Positions 53,490-64,000 of a DNA stretch of 64,000 nt are shown here, one piece after another. Position 1 is the stretch's first letter, and every line of letters begins with the position of its first letter. The position numbers and the translations under genes are program-made. The stretch comes from Nageia nagi (taxonomy: Eukaryota; Plantae; Pinophyta): the NCBI GenBank assembly GCA_050084985.1, contig JBITNC010000001.1, positions 138,322,001-138,386,000 of the forward strand. Direction: 5' to 3'. The notes beneath the pieces are model-generated. The model did not search any database and was not told the DNA's origin. It saw only the letters and a list, made by a program, of their open reading frames with translations.

Positions 53490-55769
53490 ATGGGTCAGAA
53501 GTGCCGAGAAGAACCCAGCTCGACGGAAGAGCTTCGAAAGGATCAAAGGGTGTCAGAAATATTTGCCACGGCCCAATGGCTTCCGTTTTTCAACAAATTT
53601 CAGGGCCATGAACTCTGGTTGGTGCGGCAATTTGCAGCCGAATTGAATGAGAATTCTGTTACTCTGCGAGGGCACGCCATTCCAGTTTCTCCTGCAGTAA
53701 TCAGTTCCATCTCTAGTATCCCTGCTGAAGGCGAAGAGTTGACACTTGGAAAGGAATCGTCGGACGATGTTCTCGATGCCTTCCATCATCTTGCTGAACC
53801 CCGCGCAACTAAATTCACAAGCAAAGGATGTGATCGAGGAATTAATCGTGTTTCCCTGCCCGAGCCTTGGAGTGAAGTTGCCACCTAGGTGCTGAAATAT
53901 TTCTTTTGTGAGGGCTAGTATGCAACACTGTAGGGACATCAGATGCAACTATTGGTTCAATTACGACACCCAACAAAGTACAGGTATAATATTCCCCAGC
54001 ATTTATTTGACAGTCTACAGTCCATGGCTGCTAAGTGGTGTGAGTCGAATCAGACTTCACCTTTGAAACACCATGGACTTATCACTCTAATCTATTAGGA
54101 GTATTTTCTTCAAATTGGTGGAGAAGAAGCCTGGTAAGCATTTTTAAAAGGCAAGGAGGAGGCTGTTGAAACGGATACAGTACCTGTATTTAGCATAAAT
54201 CGGGTAGAGGCAGTTCCAACAGCTCATATCCAAGATAAGCCTTCCATCTGTCAACCACATGCAAAGTCTTCTGCTAGACCGTCTAGGAAGAGATCATGTG
54301 TTGCATCACCACAAGCTTCTATCAGTTTGCAGCTGGATTTTGTGACTGCAAATTCGCCTACTACTCCATACGTGTCATATGGATTGCTATTAACTCGGGT
54401 TCAAGAATTAGAGGGAAAGACTAAACAATTGGAGCAAGAAAATCAGATTCTACGTGCCCAATATGCTGAGACAGAACATAAAAACAAAGAGTTGGCTGCA
54501 GCTAATGCCACAATGCGGCGACAACACATGGATGCACAGACACTCCATGTAATGATTAAGCACATCACAGCTGAACAGTTAGCTTTAAACGATAGAATTT
54601 AGCAGAATTTTGATTGTATGTCTGCTTTGACAGAAGAGAAAGCTTCCACTGCTAGGCTGCGAGAGGAGATTGAAGAATTAAGATATCAGATAGCGCAAGA
54701 ACAATATGCCTCTTCTGATCTCAACACAATACATACACAGTTGGTGGCTGAGCATCAGAGTCTACAAGATAAATTTGAAGAAGCTCAGCGTAGAGTTGCG
54801 GCACTCTCTCAAACCTCTGCTGTTCCAAGGCAACTTGTCCAGAATACTTCCTCCATCTTTGAGGAAATTCTACGCCTACGCTCACCTTCATCAGTTTACA
54901 ATGTATATTTGAAAGAACTTTTCTATAGATGGCAGTTATCACAGCTTACGAAAGGGCGACCTTATTGTTTAGACACCCCCAAATAATTTCTTCAGGAATA
55001 TTCTGTTGCTTCGGAAGAGCAACGCTTCTTGATGTGTGAATGCTTTATTCACGGTTTCTTTGTTCCGTCTAATCGGGGGTTCTTTGTTAACCTGTATGTG
55101 GGAGAAGTCCAGTTACGGGCCTTTATTTCTGCCCTATAAAATCAGATTTAGTGGAGAAAAGAAATAGCTCAATTCCAGAACAATCAGGAGAATGATGTCT
55201 TTCCAATGCGAATTGAAGCATACTTTCCCCAACGATTTCAGGTTGCATTGCGTGCACTTCTTGTACAGGGCCCCATTAAAGCCCAGTATAAAGCAGCAAT
55301 ATCACAATGTGTACAGGAATGCCGAGAAACTCTTCACACTATGTTTGATGAAGCTGTTGTGTGTTGTAACACACGTTGGATGGGTTTACACTATGAGCTC
55401 CGTGTTCATGAAGTGTTCACACCTGGTAATTTATATTGGAGCAGAAGGAGAGCTCTCTCTCTCATCTCTCTGCTAGAAAGAGATCTTGATAATTGGGTGG
55501 ATAGTCAGTTTCATCCTCCGTTACTTCTATTCCCTATTCCAGATGAGAATGAAAACGGGCTCCAATCAAATGCTGCATTTAGAACTTGGGAGTCTCGGTT
55601 TATCCAACAACATGGTGGAGGAGCAAGTGTTCCACAAGTTTAACAAGGCACCATTGACATTCGGACCTGCCAAAGATTGCAACTCGCTGACGGACCCTAT
55701 GATTTGGCTCATCTAGTTCATGCTCCATCAGTTGTTACTGTTGATGACAGTTCCAGTGATTCTGATTGA
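53490..55769 (+). pseudogene. Extra 3' ORF of the Athila element (~759 codons, one frame, ~10 in-frame stops): plant-transposon-type N-terminal domain, coiled coil, unknown C-terminal domain
   Basis: ORF-track pieces 53490, 54327, 54618 and 55206 are all in the same frame, separated only by TAG/TAA; heptad-like segment LLTRVQELEGKTKQLEQENQILRAQY...LQDKFEEAQRRV. Confidence 0.85.
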
Positions 55770-55824
55770 AACTATCTCCTTCTTTTATTGCTCCAGGGGT
55801 AGCAATGTTTTCAGCTAGGGAGAG

Positions 55825-57520
55825 TGATGAGTCTCAGAAATTACCTGGTTTTGGCACGGTTGAATGGTTCATTTTGTATATTTGGACATTATGGGACGGA
55901 TTATTTGTAATGGTTGAACTATCTAGTTGCTTAATATATGGTTAAATGCATACCTTCCTTATATTAGTATTTTGTGCATACTGATTATACTTTTTTGTTT
56001 GTTTTGAATCAAAATGCTTCTTTTTGCTACATAGAATGATGGTCGGTAATTTGGATGGGTTGCAAGTCTTGTGAAGATGCCTTTGAACAAATTCTACATT
56101 GTCCGGAGCTCCACTTCAGACAGATTTTTACATAGGTCTGCATTGTCCGGAGCTCCGCTCCAAACATAGTTGGCGCCTCATCTGAATAAAGAAGAGCTAG
56201 ACTTGTTTGGAGCTCTCCTCCAGACTTGTCTGGAGCCCTTCTCAACTCACCCAAGGTCTTCAACTCAGACATGTCAAAGGTCTTTATCTCCCAGACTTGT
56301 CCGAAGTGCCTGCTCTAGACTCGTCCAGAGCGCCTGTTCCAGACTCGTCCAGAGCGCCTATTCCAGACTCGTCCGGAGCTTCTATTTCAAGCTTGTTTGG
56401 AGCTTCTATTTCAAGCTTGTCCGGAGCTTCTATTTCAAGCTTGTCTGGAGCCTCTATGTTGGACTCGTCCGGAGCTTCCACTCCAGGCCTAGATTTGAGG
56501 AGTTGATTGTCATCCTTGACTATATTGTTAGCTCTATTCTAACCTTGTATGATCCAGATATTTAGGAGATATGAACTGCTCCAGATATAGTCTGTAGAAG
56601 CATGGTTTCAACACATCAGATATAGTCAGATATGATTCTTGTTTTTGGAGTATGTTTGACTCCAATTTAAGCATAAAAAAACTACCTATGAATGTAAATA
56701 GGATAGTGCTGACCTGTTGAGATGAGCTATCCCTTTTTCTAAGGGATTGAAGCTCTCTTTAGACAGGGCATGGATACTACTAGTATGATAATTTTAGTAT
56801 TAGTCAGTTAGTAGAATAAATGATTCTGTTTTCCATAACAGAATACTGTTTAGATTATGGTTATTCTTGACCTACCTATTGTTAAACAGTGGAGGATATT
56901 TATACCTCAATTGTTGATGGTAGGAGGGGTTAGAAAATTAAGAAAGCATTGTGTGAATAGATTATTGTGTTGAAGCTCTGTATTAGATTTGTCAAGCACA
57001 TTTTGTGTAAGACGAATTGCATGCAACAATAAAGTGATCTGTTAAAGAGTTTCCAGTTCTGAGTTCTCTAAGTCTTCCACCAAGAGGAGCAAGGGCCCAC
57101 TCCAAATGGTAGAAGACTCTTTTATCTTTCTGTACTTTCCAAGTTTAAATGTGAGTTTGCTTTAAGTTCAGTATTTTCCAGTTTGTCTCTCTTTTAGTAT
57201 TTCAGATTCCTATGCTTTCAATTCTGCAACGATCAGTTCTGCACATTTGCTTTCTACCACTTTGCTTGAAGTAGATACAGCTTAGAGAGCAGAGCTCAAT
57301 AGCATACGGCCTTGAACACCTCCCGGATTTGATAAAAGTAATGAAGGGGATAAATGTTGATATTCCAAACTTAGTGAGAGGCAACTAAAAGCTTTCCTGA
57401 GTGTTGGTGTACCAGCTCTTTGAGTTAACTGGTCCCTTCACAATAACAGGTGTGAGGATCACTAAGGGGAGGGTAGTGACAGCCCTGGGGGAATTTGGAG
57501 TGTCATTATTTAACTCATCA
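55825..57520 (+). repeat. 3' LTR of Athila element
   Basis: Direct repeat of 44510-46205; preceded by PPT, followed by TSD. Confidence 0.97.
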
Positions 57521-58779
57521 GGCTCCTACCTTAGTAACAAAAATGTGATAGGTTCAAAGAGCAATTATTCCAATCCTTTCTAAGAGATGGATATTCTATA
57601 AAGAGGTGGACACTAATATGAATGTTTTTAGTGAGCGTTTAGTGTGAGCTAAGTAGTAACTATATTAAACTTTCACATATGATGATGTATTATCTTTATA
57701 TTAAGATAATCAAAGATCAACAATAAAGATAATAGAGAGTAACAGTAACGATAATCTAAGGATAAATGAATATAATAGTGGATAACAAATCTAGATTCTT
57801 GGATCAAGATAACAAAGCACACTATTGAGACTAGGATCAAGTAAAAGATAAATACCTTGTTAACCTTACTTGGAATGCAAAGATTATATGCAAATAAGAA
57901 CTTGTCGAAGATAGTGATCTTGATATGCGAATCCCCATATAGCATAGCATATTGGAATGACAAAGTGTATGCCCATAGGAACACCAATGCTGGGTCCCAA
58001 ACAATAGCTCTAATGCATTCACCAGCACAGATGCTAGGTATTCAACAAGATGGATTTTGCAACCAAGATCCAAAGCACAACAAATGATTGACAAGCTGAG
58101 GCAAACATATAATTGCAGAATATGGAAATAATAGATATGCTTTTGATAACAAGATACCAATCTCAATAGGTGCTAATGATAATCACCAAAAATTTGAAAT
58201 GGTACTATCTATCGAGATTGAAATCTTGATAACTTTCCTTGCAATCATACTTACCTTTCTATAAGCAAGATAACCTCCAATTTCCTTTTAGGAATGCAAT
58301 CATCAACGTTGGGGTAGCTAGCACAATAAACAATAAGATAGCATGAGAAAGGACCAAGAAAACACCCATAATATGGTATAATATCAACATGATAGAACAC
58401 TTAATTAGACCACATAACATGGACCAAAATTAAGTGTCAACAAATGCCTCCCTTTGCAAATATAATGAAATAAAATGTAATTGTGTTTGTATGGAAATAG
58501 AAAAGAATAAGAAAAGAAAATTTTGATACTTTCCTATTTTTGCTGTGAAGCCATCCAATCATCAAGGGTTGATATTTATTTCCCCCTCTTTTCCTTGATT
58601 TTGTAAGGGAATGGCTCTTATGGAATGAGAACAACCAAGAGCAAATAATAACCTGAAAAAGAGAGACAAAAAACACCACCTTCCAAACATATATGTATTA
58701 AAAACTCTTAAAGATATAGCAATGATAATGAGAGCAAGAATCATCATAAGTGCATGATATCATCATGGTAACACTCAAT

Positions 58780-59390
58780 TCTCTATTCATGGATATAAAT
58801 CTTCATAGTAGAACCAAGCATCCCATTCATGGAATCATACAAAACATTTCATCTCAAAAGATATAGAAGTAAAGAGCAAGGATGAAATTAATATAATATG
58901 CATACAACCTCATGAGAGCACCAAATATCCTATTCATGTATAAAAATCATTACAAAAATACCTAATGCCTCATTCATGGATGCACACACATGATCATAAA
59001 GAGCAATCATAGCGATGGTTAGTTTAAACCCAACCAACAAAGGTACTAAACTCAAATAAGGGTCACACCCTAATGGAAGCAACAAGTTGCCTCATTCATG
59101 GGTGCACCTCGTCATGGTAGTAAAGAGAATACCCCATTCATGGATGTATCATAAGATAAAGTGATAAATGCCCAACCTAAAGGGTTTTCATATTCCAGTA
59201 TATGATATTTTTTCAATGTCTTCCCAATAAAGACATTCAACAATCATAAAGACAAACAAGATGATAAATGATCAACCTGAAGAGTTTTCATATTCCAGTA
59301 TATGGTTTTTTGTCAATGTCTTCCCAGTAAAGATATACAACAATCAAACAAGATGATAAATGCCCAACCCAAAGGGTTATCATATTTCCA
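58780..59390 (-). repeat. Repeat arrays in 3' region of gag-only element
   Basis: About six ATTCATGG(A) motifs at 58784-59145; 2.4 copies of a ~95-bp unit (59162, 59262, 59354) with internal inverted repeats AACC..GGTT and AATGTCTT..AAGACATT. Confidence 0.85.
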
Positions 59391-59467
59391 AACATAGAAG
59401 GTACCTCTTTTGCAACAAAAACAAGATTATGAATAGCTTTTTTACTTCTTGTTGCATCATTGCATAC

Positions 59468-60798
59468 CTATTCCTTTTCTGATTCTAAATCTGAATTTTC
59501 TTTTGAATATTCACTTGACTCATCATCAAACTTCATTAGTTTTTCATTGTCATCATAGATAATCATATTCACCATATTAACAACTAGAAGGTCATGATCT
59601 TTCACTTTAATTGTATCATTTTCATATGAAATTGTCTCATTATCCACAAGTTGTTTAAGTAGTTTTTTCATTGCAAAACAACTTGATATATGGTTTGCTT
59701 TAACTTGATGATATCTACAGAATGCACTCTCTTTATACCAATGTGGTTTCTCTTCATTAGGACCATATTTTTTTCCTTAGATTTTTTTGATAAGACATCT
59801 TTCAAGACAACCTTCTAACATTTTACTTGGATGATTAGGAAGTGGAAACTTATCTTTTGCACTTTTATATTTCCTTTCTTGATCTTTATCCTTGTCTTGA
59901 GAAGAAGGCTCAATTACATTAACATTAGTATCCTTTTTCTTTTGATATGACTTTTTACCACTATCCCTTGTGGAAAAAGATGTATACTTAAGTTGACCAG
60001 CTCTTAACATATACCTTTCTTTCTTAATAAGCATGTGAACCTTATCCATAAAGGGACCTCTAACATAATCAAGACCACAAGTTCCAAGAAGGGGATTAAT
60101 GTTGTCAAGAAATACCTTTGCAACAAATTTCTCATCCACAGTTTGTTCCATTGATCTCTAAATCTTCACATACCTAGGAGCAAACTTATCCAATTTCTTC
60201 AATTAACCTTGTTTGCAATGAATCAAATCTATCCAATTTATTGGTTTCTTGATATTGCATTAGAAATGGCTCTTGAACTGATCTTTCAATTACTAATATG
60301 AGGTAATAGATCTTGGTGCTAAATTGTGAAACCACTTCCTGGCTTCACTGATCAAACTCACGGGAAATTACTTTGCTTTCAAGTTGTCATAACCCCACAT
60401 TTGATCTCCATGTTAAATTAGAATCCTTGAAGATGAATGATAGGATCACCCTCAGCATTAAATTTTTCCAACTCAGGTTCTTTATCAATCTTGTTGAGAA
60501 TGGCATTACGAATCTCCAAACTCAAAGTATTTCTCTTATCCTCAATACTAATGAAGCTTGTTCCAAACTGATTCTGAAGCAATTGTACCTTCATTTTCCA
60601 TTTCTTAAATTGCTTTGCCATTAAATTGACAACATTTGAAGGTGCATTCCCAGCATTGGTGCTCATGATAGTGCTAATGCTATTGTTGTCTTGCATTGAA
60701 GGCACAGAGGATTTCATAAGCATAACTTGAAACTCATGCATCTCCATCAATTTAGTCAAAACTTCTGGAGTGATATTTGCCATATCTGCCACACTCAC
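59468..60798 (-). pseudogene. Tat-type gag copy B
   Basis: EKFNAEGDPIIHLQGF (cf. GEGDPRRHLQGF in element at 788); EARKWFHNL; C-x2-H-x5-H-x3-C-like knuckle near KPHWYKECAFCRYHQVK. Confidence 0.88.
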
Positions 60799-61859
60799 AA
60801 AATCTTATGATCAAATTCCAACAAGAACCCAAGGGCTTCTACCTTAGTAATAGAAATGTGGTAGGTTCAAAGAGCAATTATTCCAACCCTTTCTAAGAGA
60901 TGTATATTCTATAGAGAGGTGGATGCCAATATATTGAATGTTTTTAGTTACCCTTTAATGTGAGCTAAGTAGTAACTATATTAAACATTCACATGTGATT
61001 ATGTATTATCTTTATATTAAGATAAACAAAGATCAACAATAAAGATAACAGAGAGTAAAAGTAATAATAAACTAAATATAAATGAATATAATAGTAAACA
61101 AATCTAGATTATTGGATCAAGATAACAAAACACACTATTGAGACTAGGATCAAGTTTTAAGATAAGTACGTTGTTAACCTTACCTAGATGATGAAGATTA
61201 TATGCAGACAGGAACTTGTCGAAGATAGTGATCTTCATATGCGGATCCTCATAGAGCACAATAGAGTGGAACGATAGCATGAATGCCCACAAGAGCGCAG
61301 ACGATTGGTCCCAAATAGTAGCATCGATGCATACTGTAGCATGGATGCTAGGGGTTCAAAGAGATGGAGTTTGCAACCAAGATCCAAAGCACAACATATG
61401 ATCGACAAGTCAAGCCAAATATATAATTATAAATATGCTCGTGATAACAAGATCTCAATCTCAAGAGGTCATGTTGATAAACACCAAAACTTTGAAGTGG
61501 TACTAGCTATAGAAATTGAAATCTTGATAACTTTTCCTGCAATCATACTTACCATTATATATGCAAGATAACTTCCAATTTCCCTTTTAAAAATATGAGC
61601 GTCAATGCTAGGGTATCAAGCACAATAAACAATAAAATTGCATGAGAAAGGACCAAGACAACACCCATAATATTATATAAGATCAATATGATAGAACACT
61701 TAATTATACCACCTAAGGTGGACCAAAATTAAGTGTCAACAAAGACCCCAAAATGATGTGCCCAAGAGGATTTTGCATAATATTACACCCTTAAGTATTT
61801 TAGGACACTAAAAATCATGTGTGCATCCACTTCATGAGCAACCACCACCCTTGCTCATG

Positions 61860-62810
61860 AAGCTGATGATGGCCACACAATCCTCAATCAAAAACAATCG
61901 ACACTAGGGTTTTTACAACCCTCAAAACACCAAACAATGGCCACACAATGCTATCATCATCCCCTAGGGCTTCTCCAACACCTTGCAAACCTATGATTGC
62001 TCCACAACACAATTGCACAACACAAGAATGCCAACAATGGGTATACAAAGCAATACAACACAAGTATGAAGCTTCCAACACCAATATATTGTAATGCTTG
62101 GAAAATATAATGGTATAACAACAACACAATGCCACAAGGGCCAATGCATGCATAAAATGGAACATAATAATATACAAAACACAATTAAATGCCTGTATGG
62201 ATATGAGATACAATGATGAACAATGAAGATACCAAACTAGGTTCCAAACCCTCTATACAGATCCAAACTGTAGGATTAGATTGACTCCCTCAGATATTTG
62301 AATCCCCTCCTACAAAGGAGTCTCCTCGACCCTTGGCAACCAATGAAGGTAGAAGTTCATCCTCGGAATCCCATCAGATGGGCTAGGTGACCCACCTAAG
62401 CCATAGAATGTCAGGCTTCCAACCCTGCCACTCCTCTAGATGTTGTCTAGGAATAGTTTCTCAACACTACTAAGAATTTGTTGCCCGATTGAGACTGGTA
62501 TAGAAAGTGTATGATAAGTGGTACCTCATAATGGGGCCTCATACCCTATATATAGTCTCTCATGTACACGGATCATGCCTCGTTATCACCCCAAGCCATT
62601 TTTAATACATTGTTGGGGTCAACAAATCAACCATGCCAACTTGTGGGTCATATTGGCCCAGTATGCCAACGTGGGGGTCATAAAGGATGTCAAGGCTGAT
62701 GTGGGGTCCAAATGGCCTTCTAGGCTGATGTGGGGGTCTATAAGGTCTCATGAGCCAACATGGGGTATGTGGAGTCCTCCCAATGATGACATGATCCTCC
62801 ATGTACAATG
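61860..62810 (-). mobile_element. LTR-like fragment
   Basis: Mirror-image architecture of 33120-34290 (CA-rich block, TATATA at ~62547, GTGGGG short repeats). Confidence 0.4.
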
Positions 62811-62814
62811 ATGC

Positions 62815-64000
62815 ACCGTAAAAAGTTCATAACTTTTGATCCGACCGTCGGATCGTCTTGAAATTTTGAGGAGAGCTAGATATGGGTTTTTATCATGCGG
62901 TGGCAACCTCCTATGGGAGGCATGCGTCCAAACGGAAAGTTTTTCGATTGACCTAAATCCATCGTTTAGTGCCTCAAAATTAGCTTTTAGTGTCAGTTTT
63001 CAGGATTTTTCAATAAGTAGACTTTAATATCTTTTGTTGTAAGAGTTTGTTTAAGATAATAAGTGAGAGTTCCTTTAGTCCTTGTTAACTGAGCTTGCAT
63101 GCCCAGTTTGGCCATGATCTGAGGACCTTTCTATTTTTAGAAAGTTTCCATTTGTCTATTTTTGGAAAGTTTCTATTTTTAGTAAGTACGAGTTTTTGGA
63201 TAGTTTGTGATTTTCTGGAAGTGCAAGTTTTCTCTTGGCTATATGAGCTATTGTAATGGACCTGAAAAAAGGCAGTGCAGATTCAGAAGAATAAAATAAA
63301 GTGTGTGTTAAAAAAGGTTATTCTTCCATTGGTTTGCTTGTTGTGTAAATCAATTACTTTTTGGAGATTTATTTGGATCTTCTAAGGGAATCTGCACCAA
63401 TGTACCTCCAACATGCATGACACATGACTAACTTGGGATTTCCACATTCCGGGATCACCCATGAACTACACACAACACATTGGGATTCCCACAATTTGGG
63501 ATAACCCATCACAACACACAACATTACTACTCAAAGGGGAGACATCCCATTACTAGGCTCACAAATGGGGTTCACAGACCATAAGCTCCTGCTTGAGTTA
63601 CACATATACAACATGAACATGAATAAACTCTAGAATACAAAGGGCCATGATACAATTGATCATTGGCTCAGATGAGATGTCACATTCAGTCCTAGGAAGG
63701 GACATCCACCCTCTAGGGACATCCTTAGAGATGGCTTTTAGGATGGCAAGGAAGGTTGAAAGTAAAAATATGGCAATAGCTAAAGATTCCACATGGGAAG
63801 ATGAGAATTTTCTACAGAAGCATCCAGAACTACTCAAACATTGAGGACAACATCTTTTTGAAGGAGAGGGGCATGTTAGGTCCCTATAATACTCATGTAG
63901 CCCATATATTATTATTATGTGTCCCATAGAAGCCACTATGGTTATTGTTATTCCCTTACATTATTATTGTTATGTCGGCTAGACATTATTATTGTTATGT
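62815..64000 (+). mobile_element. Internally deleted chromovirus-type Ty3/gypsy remnant; 3' LTR starts ~63874
   Basis: Chromodomain tail DSTWEDENFLQKHPELL, then PPT GAAGGAGAGGGGCA and TGTTAGG. Confidence 0.7.

Larger units (their letters stand above)
44510..57520 (+). mobile_element. Structurally complete Athila-type Ty3/gypsy LTR retrotransposon (13.0 kb)
   Basis: Two 1696-bp LTRs TGATGAG...CTCATCA (~97% identical by eye); TSD GGCTC at 44505-44509 and 57521-57525; tRNA-Asp PBS; PPT AGGGAGAG 55817-55824; gag-PR-RT-RH-INT plus extra 3' ORF. Confidence 0.97.
57619..61741 (-). mobile_element. Non-autonomous gag-only LTR element (TR-GAG-like, Tat-related): LTRs ~60935-61741 and ~57619-58442
   Basis: Both LTRs begin (minus strand) TGTTGACACTTAATTTTGGTCC; PPT CAAAGGGAGGCATT before 58442; PBS-like TGGCATCCACC after the 5' LTR; only gag between them. 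Confidence 0.85.

Overview
AT-rich eukaryotic (plant) DNA. The TE families and giant introns suggest a gymnosperm-type genome, but this is inference. The only host gene I can support is the 5' part of a divergent KCBP/ZWICHEL-like kinesin (MyTH4 domain) on the + strand. It has a putative first exon at 16306-16376, four phase-compatible exons at 34928-35887, an ~18.5 kb intron 1, and a next intron that runs off the window (>28 kb). The rest is nested transposon sequence: (1) an old Tat-lineage Ty3/gypsy element with an extra RNase H and a tRNA-Trp PBS (1-8029); (2) a decayed Ty1/copia element (minus strand, ~18.7-22 kb) and several solo or fragmentary LTRs; (3) a young, structurally complete Athila element with a 5-bp TSD, a tRNA-Asp PBS and a ~760-codon extra 3' ORF (44510-57520); (4) a tandem LTR-gag-LTR-gag array of pol-less Tat derivatives (minus strand, ~41.4-61.7 kb), into which the Athila element inserted; (5) a gag-chromodomain deletion remnant at the right end. 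The most notable finding is two separate ORF1-only ('half-L1'-like) LINE insertions. Both have poly(A) tails, one has a clear TSD, and they share a covarying 3' stem-loop. All homology calls come from motif recognition by eye; no searches were run.
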